A stretch of DNA of 64,000 bases, taken from positions 17,546,001 to 17,610,000 of the forward strand of contig OX597830.1 of NCBI GenBank assembly GCA_951406725.2, read 5' to 3'. Position numbers and translations under genes: made by a program. Numbering within the stretch: the stretch's first letter is position 1; each line of letters begins with the position of its first letter. The notes below the pieces were generated by a model. The model had not been told where the DNA came from. It made no database searches and worked only from the letters and a program-made list of their open reading frames with translations. Shown here one piece after another: positions 55,283 through 64,000 of this stretch. Source of the stretch: Octopus vulgaris. Its lineage: Eukaryota.

Positions 55283-55709
55283 CTTGTCTGCCAGTTGATT
55301 TAATAGGAGACTGCGTGTTAAAACTGAAACAATTACAGAGTGGAAGACACATGTTAACCATCGAAAAACAATCAATAACGGTTAACTCCACTAAAACATT
55401 TATTATTTATCATTTTTTATTATTTGGTATCACTTTAATGTTGACGTGAAGATGTTTGTGTTTTTAAATAGTTAATGAATCTTTAATATTAAATAAATTT
55501 TGAAAATATATAGAATAAACCAAGGAAAGAAAAATCGAAAGATACTTTAGAAAATGAAAATATAATTAAAGACGAACGATGAAAGAAAAATTGGGTTATC
55601 GTGCTATTTCCGCTTGGTCCTCCACCTTTCGCCTATATTTTGGTTGCATCTGCCATCTTCGAACAGATTATGATCAAAGTCGTTGATCATCTCAATATTT
55701 CGTATATCA

Positions 55710-55808
55710 AGGAGGCGAGCTGGCAGAATCGTTAGCACGCCGGGCGAAATGCTTAGTGGTATTTCGTCTGTTTTTACGTCTTGAGTTCAAATTCCGCCGA
55801 CGTCGACT
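55710..55808 (+). mobile_element. SINE family A, head fragment
   Basis: GGCGAGCTGGCAGAATCGTTAGCACG...GAGTTCAAATTCCGCC. Confidence 0.8.
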
Positions 55809-55920
55809 TTTTTTTTTTTATTTAGTATTATTAATACAATCTAATGGTAAATCGAAAGATATTTATTGAGCAGCGAAGAGTTTGGTTGAACTGAGGAGTT
55901 ACACACACACACATATATAT

Positions 55921-55970
55921 ACGACGGGCTTCTTTCAGTTTCCGTCTACCAAATCCACTCACAAGGCTCA

Positions 55971-56043
<73 letters not shown>

Positions 56044-56087
56044 GACGGGCTTCTTTCAGTTTCCATCTACCAAATCCATTCACAAGG

Positions 56088-56151
<64 letters not shown>

Positions 56152-56191
56152 CGACGGGCTTCTTTCAGTTTCCATCTACCAAATCCACTCA
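55921..56191 (-). repeat. Three tandem copies of a SINE B internal segment plus microsatellite
   Basis: ACGACGGGCTTCTTTCAGTTTCC(G/A)TCTACCAAATCCA at 55921, 56042 and 56151. Confidence 0.9.
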
Positions 56192-56514
56192 CACACACAC
56201 ACACACAAACACAAAACCAAAAAACCAAAAAAAAAACAAACTGTTGTTTCGCGCTCCAGGCCCTTCAGCGGAGTTTAAACAGATTCATGTCTTCAAGTAA
56301 TGATCAACGAATATACTGTTATTATTATGACCGACGAAGACACTCGCTAGTTTCCTCAGATTCCGAAGCCTACAAAAATAACGACATTTAGCTGTTCACG
56401 TCTAATATTATAAACGCCTTCAGCTCATGAATTGCTGTCGTATCACCGTATCAAGGAATAAGATCTTATATGCAAATCTTCAACACAAAACACACCCACA
56501 TTCAGAAACAGACA

Positions 56515-57012
56515 AATACATAAATACATACATACATACATAAATACATACATACACATACATACATACATACATACATACATACATACATACATACATA
56601 CATACATACATACATACATACATACATAAATACATACATACACATACATACATACATACATACATACATACATACATACATACATACATACATACATACA
56701 TACATACATGCATACATACATACATTCATACATACATACATGCATACATACATACACACACATACATACATACATACATACATACATACATACACACACA
56801 CATACATACATACATACATACATACATACATACATACATACATACATACATACACACACATACATACATACATACATACATACATACATACATACACACA
56901 CACATACATACATACATACATACATACATACATACATACATACATACATACATGCATACATACATACACACACACATACATACATACATACATTCATACA
57001 TACATACATACA

Positions 57013-57045
<33 letters not shown>
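56515..57045. repeat. (TACA)n tetranucleotide array
   Basis: Directly visible. Confidence 0.95.
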
Positions 57046-57824
57046 TGATAAATAATTCGAAGCATACGATATTATTGATAAGTAGATATTGGTATACAAT
57101 GATAATAAATATACAATTACAAGTATATTAACATATAAAGGGGGAAGGCTAAAATCTGTCTAAACATACACGCATCACACAAACAATAAAATATAACATA
57201 CATGTGCGTGTCTGCGTGCGCGTGTATGTGCATATAGAGAGCCTTATACATCTGTGACAGATTACATAACCTCTATATTTCTTTTTGCATACATATTGGC
57301 TTGTATATCTCGTGCAACGCCTTATCTCTTTCTGTGTAGCTGAAGCAGACACCAAGATGTATTTATTACGTTTATTCGTGTATCGAATTCAGAAACAAAC
57401 ATGTTTTTTTTTTTTTTTCATGTTCAAGACTGAAAAATATTCTAAGTGAAGACAGAAAACATTTTCGATTGTAAGTTTTAGCATGTATCTGATTGAAACA
57501 TGTATCTGTACATTTGTACACGTTTTTCTTTGACATTTAGAAACAAAACGGCTATGTATATATTTTTTTTCTCTGGTTCTGAAATTCAACATATCTCACT
57601 TCAAATATACTTTTTCTAAACTTTACATATTCTGTCATAATATCACTGATGGTGCGACTGTTGAGTTTCGAAGTGAAAGATTATTTTTTCTTTCATCATA
57701 GTATTTCATCATAGTGTATTGTGCAGAAATGTACTCCACTCCACTGCAATCGCTCTCTCCCTCTCTCTCTTTCTCTCTCTCTCACTCTTTCTCTCCCTCT
57801 CTCACTGTATATATATATATATAT

Positions 57825-58315
57825 ATTCTTTTATTCTTTTACTTGTTTCAGTCAGTTGACTGTGGCCATGCTGGAGCACCACCTTTTGTCGACCCCAGGA
57901 CATATTCTTTGTAAGCCTAGTACTTATTCTATCGGTCTCTTTTGCCGAACGGCTAAGTTACGGGGACGTAAACACACCAGCATCGGTTGTCAAGCGATGT
58001 TGGAGGGAGAGACACAGACACACAAACATATACACACACATACACACACACATATATATATATATATATGTATATATATGTATGTATTTATATGTATATA
58101 TGTATGCATATATATGTATATATATGTATGTGTATGTGTATGTGTATGTGTATGTATGTATATGTGGATGTGTGGTAAAAAGTTTGTTGCCAAACCACAT
58201 GGTCCTGGGTTCAGTCCCACTGCGTGGTACATTGGGCAAGTGTCTTCTACTATAGCCTCGGGCCGAATAAAGCCTTGTGAGTGCTCGGTAGATAGAAACT
58301 GAAAGAAGCCTGTCG
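57825..58315. mobile_element. SINE family B with its two halves in opposite orientation
   Basis: 3' half on minus (57825-58030) and 5' half on plus (58165-58315). Confidence 0.8.
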
Positions 58316-58318
58316 TAA

Positions 58319-58357
<39 letters not shown>

Positions 58358-59409
58358 ACGAGGGGATTTTTGAAAAGCTCCTGATTTTAAGTGTATTGTG
58401 AAAAGCCTGGCTGGAGGGCCAACGTTCCGAGTTCTTTTAAAGGGTATAGAAAAGATGAAAAGCCACTGCAATAAGCATGTGGATGTGAGGGTGGAATATG
58501 TTGAATAAAATCACAATTAACTGATCCTCCTGTTTTTCTTTAACCCAAACCCAAAAACTTTGAAGCACCGCCTCGTATGTGTGTATGTGTGTTTGTGTCT
58601 CCGTGTGCTTGTGTATGTCTTGGTGTCTGTGTTTGTTCTAACACTACCGTTCGACAACCAGTGTTGGTGTGTTACGCCCTCGAAACTTAGAGGCTCTGCT
58701 GAAGACCGATATAATAACACGCAGGTTTACCAAAAAATTAAATACTGTGGCCGATTAATTCCACTGAAAATTCTTCAAGGCCGCACCCCAGCATAAGCGC
58801 AGTCTTTTGCCTGAAACAATTGATTGAAAACCAAAAAAAAACAAAAAAAAAAAACGAGAAAATGATATACATATATCCATGAAGATTGTCTCATCTTATC
58901 GGATGATAACTTCTCTCATAAAAAAAAACAAAGATGAAATGAATAGTGAAACCTCTGCACGTCATTGGATTTAAGTGATAAAAGCTTTTACAGCATATTT
59001 GCCACTCACTCACTCGTCACTGTAGGTTCCTGCGTCAAGCATTTCAGGATGACTGGTACTATTTTGACTGCAGATTTTATGTGAGAGTATCTTTCTCCTA
59101 GAAGAGCTGCCGCTCTACAGCTTTGACCAAAAAATAACGGGTAAATCCATTTAACAAATAGCCGGGACCTTCACAGGTACTGCTGTTGCAGGTCAGGACG
59201 GAACTGGGAGTAATGGTAGTTAAGGGGTTACTCCATGCAACCCACAACTCCAGAACTCCAGAATTCTCGAACTGGAGCCTTACCACCGTATACAGTTAAA
59301 TACATAGATACATACATGCATACATACATTATATATAACACACGCACATACATACACACACACACACATATATGTATATATGTATATGTATGATATATAA
59401 TATAATATA

Positions 59410-59442
<33 letters not shown>

Positions 59443-60154
59443 ATGTATGTAGTATATATAATAATCTATTATATAAAATAGAGATGTGTGCATATTCGCT
59501 TTTAATGCGAAAACGGCTTCACCAATTACTTCCATACTTCTGATACATGAATAATTTGACCTCGGACCTATAATAGGGTCTTCATTTGATCTTTTACTAA
59601 AATTTTTTTTAAATAAAAAGTTTTGCTTTTTATATTACATTCACGTCGTTCAAAGATTTTTAAATATTTTCCTCCGGCTTTCTACCGGCTCTTTATGTAC
59701 AATCTCTTTATGTATATCTCTCTATCCATCTTTCTATCTACCTCTATCTCTCTGTAACATATCTCTCTATCTATATCTCTTGTTTTCAGTTTCAGTTTTC
59801 AGACGCTACTCTTTTCACTTTCAATTTTCATACACCAGTGTTTCATTTTCATGTTATTGTTTTCAAGTTTTGAATCACTATTTACAAACAAACGGCAAAT
59901 TACTGACAGAAAGAAGTTCACAATTACTGATGTAAGTAATTTCATAATTTAGGAATAGAAGTATCTTCATTAATTTCACTTCAATCCGTACGGCTTCGTG
60001 TTCTGTTGTCGACGGTTTCTTTCTGGTTCCTTCCATACTGGCTCTTTGCTTCACTGAGTGACAAATTTCGCTTCAACTTTATCATCCGTTAAATTTTCTT
60101 ATTTACTTTCTGCCCATCGTATTAAGAAACATAATTTCCGTTACCAAATTATTT

Positions 60155-60600
60155 TCATTGTTTACTATCTTCTGCACTCGTGTATTTCTGTATACATATA
60201 TAACCATGCGTAGAAAGAAATGTCAAATTTATCGGCATAACTGTGCCCCCCCCCCCCAACCAAATTTCAATGATCATAACTTTCAGAAAAATGCATATTT
60301 TTTGACAAAATTTTCTACGAATATGTGTTTTATCATGTACATTTCGGATGTATAATATTGGGGGGGGGGGGTTATTGTCATTATTTACTATCTTCTGCAC
60401 TTGTATATTTCTGTATTCATATATAACCATGCGTAGAACGAAAATGTCAAATTTGTCGGCATAACTAGACATTTCTGTACCTCCTCCACCAAATTACGAT
60501 GATCATAACTTTCAGAAAAATGGATATTTTTAAATAAAATTTCCGACGAATATGTGTTATATCATGTCCATTTCGAATATATACAATTTTGGTGGGTAAG
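60155..60600. repeat. Tandem duplication of a ~225-bp unit
   Basis: TTTACTATCTTCTGCACT...GATCATAACTTTCAGAAAAATG occurs twice, with a partial third copy near 60660. Confidence 0.85.
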
Positions 60601-61086
60601 TGTTTTAGGAGAGGTGGGGGAATTTCTGACAATTCACCGGAGTCTACTTCAATTCGTTTTCTCTTTCAAGAAAATGGATATTTTTTTTAATGAAATTCTC
60701 TACAAATATACCTTGGAATATTATTACATTACACTCACTTCTTTCAAAAAGGTTTCTCAATGTCTACTTCCGGTATTGACATAAACCCGGCGAAGTCTGT
60801 CCCTGTCTAATTTTTAATGTTTTCATCTCAAGTTTTAATTCGCTATTTGTAAACAACTACGATAAATTACTGAGAGAATTATTTACTAAGTTCACAAATT
60901 TAAATATTCGGTACAAGATAGTTTTCAACGTGCTTCTATTTATACGATTTTTTTCATTCCATGTCCATCTCATTCATTGTTTGCAAAGTTCTCTCTTTCC
61001 CCCTCTCTCTCTCTATCCATGTATGTATGTATGTATGTATGTATGTATGTATGTATGTATGTATGTATGTATGTATGTATGTATGC

Positions 61087-61166
<80 letters not shown>

Positions 61167-61169
61167 GTA

Positions 61170-61286
<117 letters not shown>

Positions 61287-61579
61287 CACACACAAACAAT
61301 CCAGGTTTGATTTATTACACATATATCACATTAAAATTTTGCAACTCAACATGCGGCGTCCAAAAAACATGAGCAATATTTTGCTGCAACTCACACACTT
61401 CGTTAATTTACGTAAAATTTCTTATTTATTTTCTTTTTCACGCCATATTCAGCACTATGCATTTCTACTGAATCACACACGCACACGTGTCTTTGTATGT
61501 ACGTTTGTATACATTTATGCATGTTGTATATGTCTGTGTGTATGAGTGAGTGAAAGAAGTTGTGTGTTGTCATGTATTC

Positions 61580-62044
61580 GTAGCCATCTGGAATTCCACC
61601 ACATAAACTTTTTCTGAAGGTAGGAGTCCCAATAATTCTTCTAAGAAATTTAGATCCTCCTAAATTATGCGATGGGACAAGGTTGATTGTGAATATATTA
61701 TCACCTAATGTGACAGAAGCTAACATCATCACTGGATTGCCTCTGGGGAAGAGGCTTTTGTTCCAAGAATTACAATCAAATCAACAGACATGTCCTTTCA
61801 GTTCAATCGAACCCAATTCCCAGTGCGACTTCACTTTGCAATGTCTATTCATAAAGGTCAAGGTCAGTCTTTGAAATCTACTGGCTTGCTTTTTTCATGG
61901 TCAACTTTGTTGGTTGCTCCAGGGTAGGTAATGTGCAAGACTTATTTATCTATGGTCCAAACCAGAAAACGAAAGAATGTTGTTTACCCAGAAGTTCTTA
62001 CATAATTTCCTTCAACATAAAAGTGGTAAAATTTGTATTTTCGT

Positions 62045-62105
<61 letters not shown>

Positions 62106-62283
62106 GTTGTTGTTGTTGTATTATGAATTCAGAATTGATTTCCCAGCGAAAAAATTAATTGTATTTCAATTGAAGAATAAATTGAATTTACATTATCAAA
62201 TTTCAATACAACCCATTTTGCTTTTTTCTTCCAATATGTAGTGATAAATTTCATTTCCAGGAAACACCGGGTGCCTCTGTTAG
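61580..62283 (+). mobile_element. Helitron 3' end with Pif1-like helicase remnant
   Basis: HKLFLKVGVPIILLRNLDPPKLCDGTRLIV; FAMSIHKGQGQSL; HGQL..GCSRVG; terminal hairpin CCAGGAAACACCGGG then TTAG|T. Confidence 0.88.
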
Positions 62284-62603
62284 TATAATACATATATATA
62301 TATATTATATTATATTATATTATATTATATTTAACTTGTTTATACTTTTTGGTTGGTATAAAAAGAATAATGAAAATTTATAGTTTATAAATTTAATAAT
62401 TAAAAAATTTTTTAAATTAAAAAAAAATATAAAACTATAATAATTTATAAATATAAATTTAAAAATTTCAAATATTAATGATTTAAATTTTAAATTTTAT
62501 ATTTTTTATATATATATTGTATATTATATTATTTATTTTTTATGTTTTGGTTTATGTCTATCATTGTTTGAGTTGCCTAATAGTGGTTTTATCTCTAATC
62601 TAA

Positions 62604-62680
<77 letters not shown>

Positions 62681-62690
62681 ATATATATAT

Positions 62691-63450
62691 CAGGCTGAAT
62701 AAAAAGTAAGCAACATTTTGAAACATGAAATTTATCACATATTTTAACAATGTGGAAATTTTATTCATCAACATTATAGTCAACTTATTTTTGCCTACGA
62801 GTTACAAGCTTGTTTATTCCGGTAACATAAAAATCTGGAGTTCTGGGTCTGATAAACTCTTTGAACGCACTTTCATCATCGGTTTGATTTTTGAACTCCA
62901 TCTCTCGCAGGAAACAATCAAGGTCTTGAAAATGTGGTAGTCAGTAAGAGAAAAGTCTAAGGAATAAGCTGGGTGGGGAAGAACTTCATAGCCAAATTCC
63001 CTCAACTTCTGCCGTGTCATTAGTGAAAACGTGTGGTCGAGCATTGTCATAAAGAATGATTGGCCCTCTTCTGTTGACAAGCTTGGGACGGAAGAGTAGC
63101 AGCTTTCGTTCATTTAGGTAATTTCATGGCATTATGATCCTGCAGTAATGGTTTTTCCAGGTTTTAAGAAGTTATAGCGGATGAGTCCAGCAGTACACCA
63201 CCAAAGGATCACCATAATCTTCTTTTTGAAGGGCTCGGGTTTAAGGAAAGTTTTCGGTGATTCATTTTGGTCCAACAACTGCGAAGAACGTTTTTTTTTG
63301 TTATCATTGTACAGAATCAACTTTTCATCGTAAGTTGCAATAAGGTCGAGCAATGGACCGGTCTGGTTACGGGGAAGAAGCGACGAACAAATTTCATATC
63401 TGTGCATTTTCTGATTTTCATTCAAATCGTGTAGTATCCATTTGTCGAGA
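62691..63450 (-). pseudogene. Mariner transposase remnant with one terminus
   Basis: KWILHDL, ATYDEKLILY and LPHPAYSLDFSLTDYHIF correspond to WVPHEL, TGDEKW and YSPDLAPSD; the end abuts (TA)n. Confidence 0.88.
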
Positions 63451-64000
63451 TATTGCAAAAATCTCGTACATTCTGAGTCTAATACAAAGAGGCCCACCTA
63501 CCTCTAATCTTTCACAGGTTGCCAACTAGATAAAATATGTACAACATTTCTGTCGGTTACTGTAAGCTATAGGATATTCTCTAATGCTTTAATGTACATT
63601 AATCATATATTCAACACTCAACACAATAGCCGTCTGAACAGATGAATGTTTTGACAATGCGACGACCTCTTGTTATATCGTATTGTTATATTCACATTTG
63701 CTTTTATATACACTTCGATTTGCTATCATTGAGATACAAATTTGCATATGTAAACCTCGAACGTTGATGTTGTCAATTAATTCCTGATTGTGAAGTGAAA
63801 CAATATCAAATAAGTATACATGTCTCGGCATAATTCGCTGATATCAACTCTCTTTGTTTATCTTGTCAAGTTTTCTCTCTGATTTATACCTCAAGGCAGT
63901 AGATCGCCTTTTCATATTTTTGCTACTTAAGAAGAAAAGAAAATTATTTTATTATTCTTTGGTTTTCTTTCGACGACAGAGGAGAGAAATATATTTGCTC

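Noticed and set aside
55921-56191. Repeat-spacer pattern superficially like a CRISPR array
   Set aside because: The repeats are SINE fragments, the spacers are microsatellites, the context is eukaryotic and there are no cas genes.
62290-62560. Extremely AT-rich irregular tract
   Set aside because: Probably decayed low-complexity sequence or a low-quality consensus.

Overview
Repeat-dominated eukaryotic intergenic or intronic DNA. The microsatellite density and tRNA-derived SINE families look like octopus/cephalopod DNA (inference). No host gene exon is convincingly supported, and most ORFs in the track are microsatellite artefacts. The main element is a near-intact ~5.9 kb L1/Tx1-clade LINE (46427-52288). 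It has a zinc-knuckle ORF1 and an APE-RT-zinc finger ORF2 broken by one 1-nt frameshift, and it sits in an (ATT)n tract. Around it are remnants of R4/Dong, Hero-like, RTE and other LINEs, plus Tc1, mariner, pogo, hAT and Helitron elements, a foldback MITE, and more than 25 SINE copies from at least three modular families (called A, B and C here). The best leads are: (1) minimal Penelope-type hammerhead ribozyme motifs at 14160-14203, 22137-22183 and 44744-44787, one of them next to a tRNA-derived head, suggesting a ribozyme-bearing SINE; (2) a 3' tail shared between SINE family A and the L1/Tx1 LINE; (3) head and tail swapping among the SINEs.
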